The position numbers and the translations under genes are program-made. The notes under the pieces were generated by a model that made no database searches, was not told the DNA's origin, and saw nothing but the letters and a program-made list of their open reading frames with translations. A DNA stretch of 64,000 nucleotides from an uncultured Planctomycetaceae bacterium (GTDB taxonomy: Bacteria; Planctomycetota; Planctomycetia; Pirellulales; PALSA-1355). Of the stretch, positions 1 to 13,962 are shown piece after piece. The stretch lies in the NCBI GenBank assembly GCA_963785305.1, contig CAWAUV010000008.1, forward strand, positions 1,088,001 to 1,152,000. The letters run 5' to 3'. The first letter of the stretch is position 1, and the number at the start of each line of letters is the position of its first letter.

Positions 1-930
1 CAATCCGTTTGCCGTGGGTTCGGGCACGAGCACGCTATTGATCGAAACCGACGCTTGCGTCACCGAGATCGACGCGCCGATAAAATCGATGCCGCTCGTC
101 GATTCGGGCGACCCGGCGCCGAAAAGCATCGTGTTGCTCGTGCCGGCATTGTTGCCGAAGGTGAGTGGGCCGGTGGTCGTGCCCGCCACGACGGGAACCG
201 ACCAGAGCACTTGCTGCTGGGTGGTTGGCGAGGGGGCCGCGCTTTGCGAAGCGCCGATATTCGCGATCGTGCCCGGCGTGGTGAGGTCGCCCGACTGGCC
301 GCCGGTGAAGGTTGCTCCATAGGTGATCGGCCCGCTGGGCGAGATCGCGGCCAAGCTACTGTTGTAGCTGACCGTGCTGTAGGAGGCCTCGACTCCCGTG
401 GCCGCGACGCCCCGATCGTCGACCACCACGTCTTCCAGATAAAACACGCCGCCCGCGCCGATCGATGTGATTACATTGCCGCTCGCGTCGACGGTTTCGA
501 GCTCATTGGTCATGTCCGGCGTGGTGACGAGTGCCCGGATTTCAGCCAGCGCCGTGGTGGGCGAGAGCACTCCGGTTCCGGTGACATCCAAATAACCGAG
601 ATTTTGGGGCGTGATGGCCGAGGATTGCGTGGCCGACGAGGCGGCCAAAACTTTCAGTCCCGCGGAGGCGGTTCCGCTTGTCGCCGACGAGGAGGAATTC
701 ACCGCCGGCAGCGTGGTGATTCCCTCGTTGAGCGCTTGAATGATCGCCAGCGCGTCGGTGGGCGACACCACTCCCGTGCCGCGCACATCGTAATGATTCA
801 CCGGATTCTGCCAGGGATCGACCGTGAGGAGCTGCCGCTCCTCGAGCGATTCGAATGCGCGGTGAGCGATGCCCAGGCGCGGACGCCGGGCGCCATCGAG
901 GCGCGAGCCATGCGATTTACGGGTTGCCAT
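1..930 (-). CDS. Planctomycete extracellular protein with N-terminal dockerin type I followed by a cohesin-like beta-sandwich (3' partial)
   Basis: Not in the ORF track because it runs off the window. Manual translation from ATG 930 (GAGGA upstream): MATRKSHG...AFESLEERQLLT (planctomycete export motif), WQNPVNHYDVRGTGVVSPTDALAIIQALN and YLDVTGTGVLSPTTALAEI (dockerin repeats), then ...TGVEASYSTVSYNSSL. Open to position 1. Confidence 0.85.
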   Translation of the reverse strand, partial: MATRKSHGSRLDGARRPRLGIAHRAFESLEERQLLTVDPWQNPVNHYDVRGTGVVSPTDALAIIQALNEGITTLPAVNSSSSATSGTASAGLKVLAASSATQSSAITPQNLGYLDVTGTGVLSPTTALAEIRALVTTPDMTNELETVDASGNVITSIGAGGVFYLEDVVVDDRGVAATGVEASYSTVSYNSSLAAISPSGPITYGATFTGGQSGDLTTPGTIANIGASQSAAPSPTTQQQVLWSVPVVAGTTTGPLTFGNNAGTSNTMLFGAGSPESTSGIDFIGASISVTQASVSINSVLVPEPTANGL

Positions 931-1013
931 AGTCTTTTGAAGTCCTCGGTAGGCGCCGCGATCGAGTCGCGGCTTGAAGCGCGCCGGATCGAGAGCCGAG
1001 CGGCGAATCGGGT

Positions 1014-4000
1014 TTAGCTTGTCTTCACGGTGCGCGCCGCGGCTACGTCGGCCGCGATCGTGTCGAGACCATCGGCGTCTTCGCCATCGGTGTCGCTGCC
1101 TAAAAACATCGACAAACTCACGGTCGAGTTCGGCGCCGATCGCGCTGCCGAGCTGGCGTTCGTGGTCGCGGCCGAGTCCGAGTCGCTTGTCGAGTGATAC
1201 TGCGCAACGGCCGCGACCCAGGCATTCGAGCTGAACGACGCGCTCGCGCTCGTCGGCGCCGCCGTGGAAATCGATACGAGGCCGACCGTCGCCGTGCTCG
1301 CAACGGAGTTGCTCGTCACTGGGTTGCTCACGGCGGGGCTGCTCACGGCGGAGTCGCTCGCCGGAGCGCTGGCCGCGCTCGATGAGTTGCCGCTCGCGGC
1401 GGCGAAGGCCATGACCGGCGTCGACGTGGCCGTTGTCGCGACGGCGGGGTTCGACGAAGTGGGAGGCTGGACGTTGAGGTATTGAATTTCGAGCAGCACA
1501 TCGGTGGCCGACAACAGACCATCGCCATTGACGTCGTAGTAATCGGGCGGAGGCGACGGCGCCGGCAAGGGCAGCACGTTCGTCGGGAAGAGATCGTTGT
1601 TGATGGCTTCGATCAAGACGAGCGCGTCGATCGGACCGACGACGCCATCGTGGTTCACATCGTATTTGTTCGTTGGGTTCTGCCAGGAACTGGTCGAGCC
1701 GGAGCCGCTGCCGCCGCCGCCGGAGGAACCGGAGCCGACGGTGATCGTAAACGTCGTGGCTCCGGTCGTGGAGTTGTTGGCCCGCAGGGCGTTGCCCGCC
1801 AGGTCGGCGATGCCGGTGGGGGAGTTGTTGAGCGTGATGACATAGGCGCCCGCGGCCCAGACACCGGTGGCCGGTGTGAAAGTGGCGGTTTCGGTGTTGG
1901 TGTTGAATGTATAGATGTAATTCGTGGGCGAGACGAGCGTCGCGCCATTGAGCGTGATCGTGAAGTCGGAGGCCGACACGGTGGCGTTGTTGACGCCCAC
2001 GCCGGAACCATCGGAAAGCTGAATCTGGAACGTGCTCGGCACGCTCGAGCCGCTCACGGTGACGCTGGTCTGGCCGTTTGCCGCGGGGGTCACGAGCGAC
2101 GCGCCGGGTCCCACGAAGTCGGCGCGCTCGATCGCGCCGATGTCGACATAGGCGTTTTGGCCCGAGCCAGGCGAGTGCGTGACGTTCAGGTCCTCGACGC
2201 GCGACACGCCATTGCGGTCGGTCGATGGCGCGAGAATGTTGGATGTCGTGATTCCCAACGTGTTCTCGACCGCCACCATCGTGGGCCGGTCTTGGAGGCT
2301 ATTTTGGGCGGCGTCGATCGCCTTGGAACCCTCGGCCAGATAAAAATCGCCCGCCGAGGGATCGACGAACAGCGGGGCGCTCGGGGCGAGCGTGATCGCA
2401 CTGGTTCCGATCGAGCCGTTGGCCGTATTGCCTTGGAACAGGTTGTAGCCGAGCACGGTTCCAGCGGCGTTGCTCGAGCCATCGACATAAATGCCGGTGG
2501 CGCTGTTGGCCACGATGTTGTTGAGCACGGTGGGACTCGCGGCCCCGATGATGTCGATGCCGACGCCACGGGCCGTGGCGCCGCCGTAGATCGTGTTGTT
2601 CACGATCCGACCAAACGGCACCGCCCCGGCAGTGCCGCTGGTCGTGGTGAAGTTCGAGATCGAGGCCGCGCCATTGACCTGCACATAGGGGCCGTCGAGC
2701 GACACGGTCACGTTGAGGCCGCTGGCGTTGATCGCGTTGGCGATGTCTTGGGCAATCTGGTCCGCGTTTTCCGTGCCCGTGATCTTGATTCCCGTGTCGC
2801 CGGCGGTGAGCGTGACGACGATCAGGAACTCGAAGGTCACGGTCTTCGTTCCATCGCTCACGGTGAAGGTTTCGCCATCGGTAACGCCGGAGCCAGCCGG
2901 AGCGGTGAACGAAAGATTGCCCGGATCGCCGGCGAATTTGATGCCTCCCTGCACATTGTTCGCCAGCACGTTGTTTTCGATGGCAATGCCCGGCACGAGA
3001 TTTCCCGAGTCGGTCGTCGGCAGATTTCGCACTCCGCCCGCGGCCGGATTGTCGGCCGACGCGCGCGCGCCGGGGCCTTCATAGATCCCATAGTCGAGCG
3101 AATTCGTGATCGTATTGTCTTGGATCAGGGTGTAGCCCTGCGTGCCCACATTGAGCGTGTCGCCATAGAGGGGAATGCCGTCGAGCGCGTTGTACTGATA
3201 CAAGGTGATCTGCGTGGAACCGCCGGGAGCATAGATCAAACCTTGCCAGTTGACGAATTGTTGGCCGGTGAGGGCCACGATATCGTTTTCGGGATTGGCC
3301 GTGACCGCGAGTCCCGATCCGGCGATCGTGTCGGCGATTTCCTGAGCGACCGTGGCGCTGGAATCGCTCGGATTGTAGACCACATAGTAGACGGTCGCGG
3401 AGTTGGGCACCCAGGCCGGCAGCGCCGGCACGGTGACATCGAGCGCGCTCAGGAACTGAAAATAGACCGTGTTGGTTCCATCGCCGATTTCAAAAACGCT
3501 GCCATCAACGATGCTGGCTCCAGATGGGGCGGCGAGATAGTTGAAGCCCGATATCTGCTCCACGTTGCTGACGCTGACCACGCCGCTGGAAGTCGAGGCC
3601 GTGGCGCCCTGGCCGGCGCCGTTGATCGCCGCCGCGATTTCCTGGGCAACGGTGGTCGCGGAATCGGAAGTCGAATATTGAATGCCGATGTACGCCGTGC
3701 TGGTGGTTTTTTGACCACTCAAAAGGAACTGGAAGGTCGTGGTAGTGTTCGTGCCCTGGAGTTGAAAGGTTTGGTAATCGGTGATCGAGCTGCCGGCGGA
3801 TGCGGTGATCGAAGTGCTCGAACCGAGCACTTGCACGGCGTTGAAAAGATCGACGATCGCACCCGACCCGACTTGTGTCGCCGACACGCTGAATCCCGCG
3901 GAGTTGATCGCGGCCGCCATGTTCGCGGCGACCTGACCAGCCGTCTCGTTCACATTGAATGGAATGGCAATAATGCCTGCCGCGGCGGAGCCGGAGGTGC

Positions 4001-7000
4001 TGAACTGGAATGTCTGGGTCGTCAAGCCATTGCTAATGGTGAAGGTCTGGCCGTTGACGGTATTCGCCCCCGAACTGGCCGTGAGCGAGAAGGCGGCGGT
4101 CAAGCGGGCATTGATATCGAATGTTTCGGCCAGCGTGATGCCGCCCGTGGTCGATCCGTTGGACATCGACGGGGTGGCGTATTCGCTGCCGCGCTGGATC
4201 TCGAGCTGATAATCGCCACTGTACACCTGCTTGGCGCTCCCCTTGGGCAAGGGAGTGCTGAACGCGGTGGTGGTGTTCGCCGGGGCGTCGGTCACCATTT
4301 CGCCACGACCGGCGAGCCCAACGATCAGGTCGTCGAGGTATACGCCTTCGTAGTTGTTGTTCTGGTTGGCGAGGGCGCTGTTTTTCGTGCCGGCCACTCC
4401 GAATTGATCGCCCGGTAACGAATTCGAATAGGGCAAGGTGCTGGAATCGATCGTGTTGCCGATCACGTCGATCGTGGTGGCGCCGGAAAGCATTTCGAAG
4501 ATCGCGCCCGTTGGATCCTTGGCGGTGGTGATCGTGAAAGTCGTGCCGGTGCTTACGGAACCGGTGACATCGATCACGGTGGGCGGCGAGTTGGGTCCCA
4601 GCGCGAGCCCGCTACCCGAGTTCAAGGCGAACGTGGTCGCGCCTCCGGAGAGCGTCACATCGGTTCCATTGGTGACCTTGGCCGTAATTCCCAGCGCTGT
4701 ATCGCCATTGATCGCGGCGGCGATTTCGGCGGCCACGGTCGCGGCCGAATCGGTGGAACTGAAAGTGATGCCGGTATCGCCCGCCGCGGGCGCCGGGCTC
4801 ACCAGTTTCACCGCGGTGAGGATCGATGGCGTGGGCCCCGCCGATGGCACGAGCGAATAATTGATCGCGTCGGCCAGCGCGAGCGCCACGTCGCTGGCGG
4901 TGGAGTTGAACGTGATCGCGACATTTCCGGTCGGAGCCGTCTCGAGCGAGAGCCCGGCGCCGGCGCCCAGCGTAAGGGTCGCGAGTGCCCCCGCGGCGGC
5001 CGGCAACAACTCGACCCGGTTGTCGTAGATCAGCGCGGTTACACCGGTCTTGGCGGAATTCGTATCGATCGCGGCTTGAATTTCGGCGGCGACCGTGGCG
5101 GCGCTATCGGTGACCGAATAGGGAATCGCGATATTGCCGGCGGTCGCGGAGCCTGAAGTCGTCATCTGGAAAGTGACGGAACCGGCCGCGCCCGTGACCG
5201 TGAACGTGGAGTTATTGGAAAGATCCCCACCATCGATCGTGTCGAGCACGTATCCGAGATTGAATTGCTCGGTGGCGCCGCTCACCGTGACTTGGTCATT
5301 GTTTGTGAGGAGATAGCCGGGCTCGGCGGTGATCGTCGAACCCGCGGTTTGAACATTGCCAATGCTCATCGAGCCGGCGCTGCTGAAATCGAAGGCCAGT
5401 TCAAGATTGCTGTCGCCGGCGTAGTCGCCCAGATCGATTCGCGCTTTGCGCCATGTGCCGGTGTTGTTGAACAGGGGCTGCACATTTTGATCGGCGGCCT
5501 CGCCGAGGTACGTCCCGCCCTCGGCGGTAATGGTGGCCGGCAATTCGCCATTGGGCGCCGCGGTCGCGGCGGCCGTGTTCACGAGACTGTTGTTCGTGGC
5601 GATTTCGTTCCAGGAGCCGCCGCCATTGGCCGAAATGTAAACGCGGAAAGTGTCAGTCGCCGCGTTGCTCGCGGGACTGTCGGTATTGAGGTAGTAATCG
5701 AAGTACAACGTCGGCAGGTCGCCGGTCGAGTAATCGGCCAAGCTGAATGTGCCCGTGGTCAACTGCCCCGTCGCGCCGCCCGGCAGGTTAATGGTCTGAT
5801 AGACCGAGGGATTCGTGGCGTAAGCCGCCGCGCCGGGCTGCGCCTGGCCGGGGACCGGAGTTTGGTAACCGCTATCGAGACCGAAGTAATAATCCGTGTT
5901 CGCGGTCGGTGTCGTCGTGGTCGTTGTCGTCGTCGTGCCTCGGCTCGTCACGTTATCGGGGCTCGGATTCACGCTGTTGCCGGTGTCCGTCGATTGGCCG
6001 GTCGAACTGATGTGCCACAGGTTGTAGTCGAGTGTGGAAAAGGCCACGCCGGTGAGGCCAGTGATGCCGGTGGCGACGCTCGTCGCGCCATTGCTAAAGA
6101 TCGGCTGCAACACGCCGGTCGTGCTCAAGGCATAGACATTTCCCTGCGAATCCGTGGCGAAGAGCATGTTGGCGTAGGCGCCGCCCTCGACATCGGGCGG
6201 GCCCGCGGTGAGACCGCTGAAACTGATCGGTGCGCCGAAGTTCGTAACCGTGGTGACCAGCGAGGCGATATTCTTGCCGGTGGCGTTGGGGTTGATCGTG
6301 TAAAGACTGCCGCCGCTGCTCACGGCGTAGAGCGTGCCGCCCACGTCGGCCATGCCGGTGATTGTGCCGCCGGCGCCGGCGCCGGAGAACGCCAAGGTGG
6401 TCGCGGCGGGCGAGAAGGTGATCGTGGGCGCCGTCGCGGCCGTGAGCACGACCTGACCGTTGTTGGCCGTCGCCGTGACGCCGAGTCCGGTCTGTCCGTT
6501 GATGGCCGCCGCCAAGCTGGCGCCGATCGTCGACGCCGAGTCGCCGGCGCCGAATTTCACTTGCACATCGCCGGCCAAGACCCCCGTGTCGGCGGGCGAG
6601 CCGCTCACATTGTCGTTCTGACTGATGAATGGCGAGTACACATTGCCGGGCAAATTCTGGAGCGGAAACGTCGATGTCGCCTGAGTCGCTCCGCCGAACG
6701 TAATGCGGTCGTTGGCATAACTGGCCGTGACACCGATGCCGGCGCCATTGACCGCGCTTGCGATCGCGGCGCCCATCTGGGCCACGGTGTAGCTCTCTTG
6801 GAAATTCACCGCGGTGTCGCCGCCGGGCACGGTGAAGCTTCCCTGTTGGCTGAGGCCGGCCGCCGAGGCGATCGACAGCGCGCTATCGCCGGTCAACGTG
6901 ATCCGACTGCCGTTGACGCCGGCCACGACCAGTCCGCCGGCGGCGTTGATCGCCGTTTGAATCGCGGTGGCCATCTCGGCTTGCGCTGTAGCCGCTGAAG

Positions 7001-10000
7001 TAATTGATGACGTTGTAGCCGGTCGTGTTCACGACGCTCGAACCCGGATCCTTATCGACGAAAATGAACGACTCGGTGTTATTGTTGGTGTCGGTGATCG
7101 TGAAGGTGCTGCCATTGACGAACGAAGTGCCGGCTTGCGCCACGAGCACCGGACCGCTATGGAACTCAAACGTCTTGCCGTCGACGACGAATGTCTGGCC
7201 ATCGCGCGTGTTCACGCCGCCATTGGGATCGAGATTCAGGTCGGGCCCGCTGTCGAATTCGAACGTTGTCCCGTTGATCGTCACCGTTTCGCCATCGACG
7301 ATATCGTTGGCCGAGGTGGCGGTGGTCGTCACTCCGGGCGTGGCCGCGCTGACCGTGATCGTCGGCGCGGTTTGCACATAGCCGATCGGCGTGGCGTTCG
7401 TCGGCGGGACGACGGTGCCGGGAACGGCGTCGGTCGAGGCGCCCGAGTTCGGATCCATCGCGTAGAGCAGATTCGAGGTCACGACGCCGGCGACCGTGTC
7501 GTTGTTGACGCTGCCGATCACATAGAGCGAGCGAGTCGTGGAACCCTCGGCCTGCACGTAGGCCATTGCATTGACATTGAAGCCGGTATTGATGGCGGTG
7601 ACACTGCCGTTGACGACGCCCTCGGTCAAGAGCCCATCGTTTCCAATGGTCGTTTCGGCGCCGGTGGCGGTGCTGATTAGCGTGTAGTTGTCGGCGGAGT
7701 CGACGCCTCCGGTGGTGTACGTGTAAAGTTCGCCATCGTTGCGCATGGCGATGTCCTGGATCCCGCCGCCGACCGCGCCCACCGTGCTGAGCGTGGCGCC
7801 GGTCAGGGGATCAACCGTGTAGAGATTGCCGCTCGTGTTGACATACATCACCACGTTGCCCAGGTTGTAGGGCGTGGGCGTCAGGTCCAAAGTCTGCGCG
7901 GGCGTGGCGGTGTCGCCTTGGTTTGAATTGCCGACCTGATCCTCGGCCACGCGGGCCACGGAGTCGACCGGCTCGATGCGAGTCAGCGGATCGGTGGCCG
8001 TCGCGTTGAAGGTTCCGTCGAGCGCGGAAGGCAACATGTCGGCCGGTAGGACTTCGACATAATACGTTTGGGCGACCGGCAACTCGACGGCGCCGATGAA
8101 TGGATCGGCCCCGACCGACCCGGCCTGCAGATTGCTCAAATTCGTGCCCGAACTGTTCGTGGCTTGGTTGTCCGCCACGCTATCCGATCCGCGGCCGATG
8201 TATTCGAGCGTGCCATCGCTGCCGTAGACCGCGAGCATCGTTTGAGCTTGCGTGAGGCCATCGGCATACGAGATTTTGAACATCGTGGGCCATTCGAGTC
8301 CGGAATCTTGACCCGAAATGAGCTGCACGAGATCGTAATTGACTTGGAATTCGTACCAACTCGCCGAACTCAGATTGCCCGCCACCGAGAGCTGCGCATT
8401 GGGAGTGTCGAGCAGGTTGCCCAGGTTTTGGGCCGTGGCCATCGTGGTGTTCGTGCCGATCGAAACCGTGCTGCCGACCAGCGGCGAGCTCGAGGGCTGG
8501 CCCAGCACCTGCACGCCGTTGGTCGCGTAGTTGATATCGGCGTATTCGACCGTCGAGCCCGGGAATTGATAGGTCGAAGTAAGACGGACTTGCAACTGGT
8601 AGCTGCCCTCGGACTGGCCACCGGCGAGATTGGTCAAATTCGAGCTGACGCTGCGCACGCGAATGTAGTAGGTGTTGCCCCCGGTCGCATTGGTCGGCAA
8701 CACCACCGAAAAACCGGCGTCCTTGTCGTTGGTCGAATAGAAATCCGGCGAATCGAGCGGACCCTGCATCAAAGGTTGCGCGAGGCCCACATATTGCATC
8801 GTGTACGATTGGGTCGCCGCGTTGAAGAGCTCGTAAGCCTGGGCCAGCACCGAGCCGTTGGCGTCGACCAATTCCACGACCGAGGCGAGCGCCGCCGAGG
8901 TGCGATCGAGGCCGACCCAAATCTGCGTGCCGGCGGTGGCGGTGAAGCTGTAAACATCGACATCGCTCGGATTGTAAAGCGCGCCTTCGACCTCGAAGCC
9001 AAGCCGGTTCGTGTTGTCGCCCGAATTCGTGTTCGCGGCCAAGGCGCCTAGTGGCTGGGCGGTCGCGGGCGTGTTGTAGGGGGAGCCATTGCTCTGGAGC
9101 GCTTGATTCACGAGCGCGAAATTGTTGTCGTTGCTGTTCGCATCGATCAGCACACTGTTCCAATCGCCCGGCGTGGGGGTCGCCGTGGGATTGTTGCCGG
9201 TCATGTCGTCGGGAGCGCCCGTGGGCGTGAGGCCGGCGCCGACCGTGTTGTCGTTGAGCGAAGTGAGAATCACCGGGTACGTGGGATTGCCGATGATATC
9301 CACCGAGCCGCCGATCGGGTCGTTGATGTCGCCGGTTTCGCCGGTGGCGGTGAAGCCTGCCGTGGCGCCGAGCAGCTTGACGACAAGGCTGGCCGAGGAA
9401 CTGCTCTGAATGCGCAGGCCGCCATAGGTGTCGACATTCGGCACGGTGATCTGGCTCTCGACCACATAGACGATGCTCGTCTCGTCGAAGATCACCTCGG
9501 TCGTGAGAATACCGCCGCGAACGAGCAGGCCGTTGATCGAATTGTTGGCGAGCATGTTGCCAGTGATCAAAGCGCCGGTGTTGGCGATGAAGGTCTGCCG
9601 CGAGAGCGTGGAGCCATCCGGGCTGTAAGAGAAACCCGTGCTGCGGCCCCAGTCGTCGACCAGATCGGAATTCAGCGAATTCACATCGATGCTGATCGCC
9701 GCGCCGGCATTGTTCTCGATGGTGTTGTCGAGCAGCACCGGCTGGGCGCCCAGCACATAGATCGTGGCGCCATCTGCGCCGCCCGCGTTATTTTCGAAAG
9801 TGCTATCGGCGATGCGCACGCGGGCCTGATCGATCTCGATCGCGTCGTAATTCTGGTAGCCGCCCTGAACCGCCGTGGCGCCGCCGGCATACATCACCGA
9901 GACATAATCCAAACTGCCCGTCGAGACCGCGTCGAAGATGAGGCCGCCCCAATCGGCTTCGCTCGGCGCCGTCGTCACCAGATGGCCCTCGGTCATGAAG

Positions 10001-13000
10001 GAGCCGCCGGCGCCGTAGGTGTCGTCGTTGAGCGATGTGAACACGATCGGCTGGGCGCTCGTTCCCTCGGCGATCAACTGGCTCGTGCCGACGGTCGTTT
10101 CAATCCGCGAATTGAGCAGCTTGACCACGACGCCCGGTGAGATCACGAGGCTACCCGCCACCACGGCCTGGTAGTTGCCCGAGGAGTTCACCATCACCGA
10201 GCCACCCGGCATGCCGTCGATCAGCAAGTTCTCCGTGAGCACATAGGTGATGCTCGGATCATCCCACCCGGCGGGCATCGTGAGCTCGGTCGTGAGCCCG
10301 CTGGCGAGCGTGGCAATGTTGATGAACATGCCATTGATGGAGTTGTCTTGAGTGATTCCCTTGATGACTTCGCTGAGCACGTTGCCCTGGATATTGGGTC
10401 CCACGCGCGAGTAGTTGGCGGTGTAGGTCGAGGTCTGGAAGTAGACATCGGCAAACGCGTTTGGATCGGCCTCCATGGCCGCGTTGGCGCTGTCGAGAAT
10501 CGTGTTGTTGGTGATGCTGGGCTGCGTGTCGATGATGTCGATCGGATCGAACACCGAGGACACTGAATTGACCGACACCAAGCCGCCGCCATAGGTGATC
10601 GTCGCCTGATTGACGGAGTCGAGAAAGACGCCGTTGGCTTCGTGGTCGGCGTCGCTATAAAAGACGACGCCGCCCCAGTTGCCCGCCTGCGCGGCCGGAT
10701 GCACGGCGCCATCCGAAGCGCCGACCGAGGTATTGTTGTAGCTCGTGAGAACCACTTGGTTCGTGGGCGTGCCCAGCACTTGCAGCGCGCCGCCCGCGTG
10801 ATTCACGCCCTGCGAAACGGTGCCGACATTGATATTGGCCGAGCGGAACTTGAGAATCGCTCCGGCGTCGATCATCACGGTCACGCCGGCCGGCACATCC
10901 ATCGTCGAACCATCGGAAAGCACGGCGCCGGTGCTATCGGTGGCGAAGCCGATCTCATAGGCTTCGTTAAGCGAGTTGCCCTCGATGCGCACGATCTTCC
11001 CCGGCGTCGCCGCGGCGAGCGCGGTGGCGATGTTCGTATACGGATTCGTGATCGAACCCGCGGGTCCCGAAGTCGTGGCCGGAACCATCTTGTCGACGAA
11101 GATCGTGTTCGCCGGCGTGGTGCTGTTGGTCCAGGTTTCCGTTTGGAACCAGAAGTTGTAAAGTCCGCCGGGCGTTTGGTTGCCATCGCCATCGAAGAGC
11201 ACTCCGGCCGCGTCGGTCAGGCCCGCGGTCTCGGTGGGCGTGAAGACGATTTCGAGCTGGTAGTTGCCCTGGGTCGTGCCGCCGCCGCCGCTGTCTTGGA
11301 TCGTGGGATCGTAGGCGTCGTTGCCGATGCTGCTCACGCCCACATAGTAAGTGCCTGGCCCCAAGGTGAGCACCACGTTCGAATCCGTGCCGTAGTACCG
11401 CTCGTCCTCGGCGATCTGCACCCCGGAGCTATTGAACACGCGGAGCACCGTTTGCAGCGTGCTCGGCGTCGCCAGCCGCTGGGCCAAGGTCTCGAGTTGC
11501 ACCGTGCCGCTTTGCGCCAGCGTGAACTGAAACATGTTCACGTCTTTCACATCGGGCGCCATGATGTACTGGCCGTTGGCGATATCCACATTGCCTGGAA
11601 AGGTCGGCTCGACCGGGGCCGTGTTGCCATCGAACGCCGCCAGCGAGGTGGTGGAAGCGCCGGTGCTTTCGGAGCCGCCGTTCATGATCGTCAGCGGCGG
11701 GGCGGTGTCGTCGTGAAAGAGACCGAGCGCGTGGCCGATCTCGTGGAAGGCGATATCGAACCAAGCGCCACCCATCGCGTTATCGCTGGATGAATTAATA
11801 TAATACTGGTTCACCAGCGCGATCCCGCCACCTTCGATGCCGCCGACCGCCGTGGGGTCGATATTCGGATCCACATCCGTGGGATTGCCGGTCACGATCG
11901 TGAGCCCGCTGCTGGGCGTGAGCACGAAATCGACGCCCAGGTAATTGCCCCAGAGACTCATGATCTCCTCGGCGTCGAGCTCTTGCTGCGGCGAGATCGA
12001 GTTGTATTCGGGCGTGCCGGCGGCGGTGTAGCCCACGATCTTTTGGAAGTTGTAATCGAATTCGGGAACCGCCGTGCCGCCCGAGTCGGCGCCGATCGGC
12101 ACTTGGTCTTCCTCGGTCTTGGGAATCAAGCGATGGCCCGGCTCGAGCGCGGATCCGGGATACTGGAGAAAATCCTGCACCGGATCGGTGGCGTTGCTGA
12201 TCGACAGCGGCACGACCGTGCCCGAGCCGGCGACGCTATAGCCACTGATGATCTGGCTCGTGGTGGCCGAACCGGTTCCGATCGCGCCCAGGTTGTAAGC
12301 GGTGGAGAAGCTCGAGCCGGTGGCGGTGTAGATATTGGCCGTGCTAGCCGAAACCATGACCGGGGATTGGGTGGCGCGGGATCGAGCGGCGTGTTGTCGC
12401 CCACCTGGAGCCGCCACGTGGCCGCGTTCGTGAGCACTCCCGAGGCAAAGGTCAGCACCACTTCGTTATTCGTCGCGGAATACACGGCCGAAGTGGGGTT
12501 GTACATCACCTGGCTCGCCGAGACGAGCGTGTTGTTGGTGTTGATCAACTCGTAATTCGAAACATTTTGGGCCGAGGCCGTGTTGAGCAGATCGTTGTTG
12601 AAATAAACATCGATCACATTGGGCGATTGGCTCAAGGTGGCGTTCGTGCCGGTCGTGGTGCTCGTGACCGGCTGCGGAACGACGGCCGTCACCTGGGCGC
12701 CGAAGTCGACGACGAAGTTGGTCGTGCTCGTGCCGCTGAATGCCGTGCCGCTCGTGTTTTGCAAGCTGCTATTGACCACCACTTGATACGAGCCATCGCC
12801 CAGCGCCTCGGCGAATCGCACCACGACTTCGTTCGTGTTCACGCTGTCGACCGTCATCGAGCCGGGCGTGATCGTCACCGGAGCGGCGAGCGGCGAATCG
12901 GCGCTGGAAACCTGCGTGATCGTGATTCCGGCGGCCAGCGTCGAGGCCTGGATCGCCTGACCGCTTTGAAAATTGAACGTCAACTGGGTGGGCGCGAAAT

Positions 13001-13214
13001 TGATCGTTTCGCCGCTGGTGAGCACGGCGCCCGTGTTGGGAATGATGGAAATCAACTGCGGAGCAGTCGCGGCAAAGAGCAGCCGCTCCTCGCAGGGCTC
13101 GAGCGCGAGCATCGGCCGCGTCAGTCCCGCCGCGGCGCGTGATCGAAGTCGATTTCGGATCGGTTTGTTGACTCGACGCGCAGCATGAAGGTCGAAAATC
13201 CGCCAAGTTGCCAT
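1014..13214 (-). CDS. Giant (~4,060 aa) secreted/surface protein: export motif, Ig-like domains, M10-type metzincin, PPC-like domains, parallel beta-helices, repeated modules, C-terminal dockerin; split by two 1-nt frameshifts
   Basis: ORFs 12126..13214, 6883..12417 and 1014..6974 join with single-base fixes in short runs near 12362 (CCCC) and 6981 (AA). Motifs: LEPCEERLLFA, HEIGHALGLFHD...TIMN (zinc motif and Met-turn), DVDVYSFTA, WQNPTNKYDVNHDGVVGPIDALVLI...DVNGDGLLSATDVL. Confidence 0.85.
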
Positions 13215-13962
13215 GCGAAAGGGTCCTGCAAAATTTATGGCGACGCGCCAGGAAGTGGCGCTCGATCGACTCGCGAATGCGCGACTCGATCGGCCGCTCG
13301 ATTCCGCGAGCCTCGCCGTTCCGGGACGAGACTCGGCGGACCACGCGCCGCGGTTTTCCTCTTCAAAAGAACATTCAGCCCGATACGAATCGGGATCGGT
13401 TCAAAACAATTTCGTTAGACGCTGTTCCGGTCGAATCGGTTCCCGGCGCCAACGCGGGATGCGCTGGATCATGATGCCTGATTATCGTTAGCGATACGCG
13501 GAAACACAATTCCCATGCCACCTAAATAACCCATTTTAACAGAATGGCCCCGCTCCATGCGGTTGCCAATTCGCACTCAACATGGATGAAACAAACGAGT
13601 GCCAATAACGACCCGCGAGCCCTGCGGGCAAAGAAATTCCGCGCGCTCGCTCCGTGGACCTGTGGGCGATGGGGGGAAAAGCGAGCGCAATGCGGAGAAT
13701 CGTCTATTTAGGTTTAATTGGAGAAACTCGCCGTAGCAATACCCCGGCCGTGTAAATCGCATAATTTTCCTGAATTGCGGGAGCTACGCATCGGGCGCCG
13801 CGCCGATCCCGCCGCGTCTCGCCGCGATTTTCTTGACCCGACCGCCGATTCCGGTAGAGTATTACAACCGCGCGTGTCGATTCTCGACGGCGCGGTGCGC
13901 TCACCACACCGCGATCCGCCGGCCACATTTATCCAGCCGCCGCAATCAGGAACCCTTTCGCC

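Noticed and set aside
1482..4418. Long plus-strand ORF (978 aa) and similar antisense ORFs (5265..6998, 21729..23300, 24243..26348, 54247..55719, 63269..63988)
   Set aside because: Shadow frames of high-GC genes on the opposite strand; Arg-rich, no motifs.
13215..13962. Riboswitch or ncRNA in the long divergent intergenic region
   Set aside because: AT-rich promoter-like patches are present but I could not match any known RNA motif by eye; an Rfam scan would be needed.
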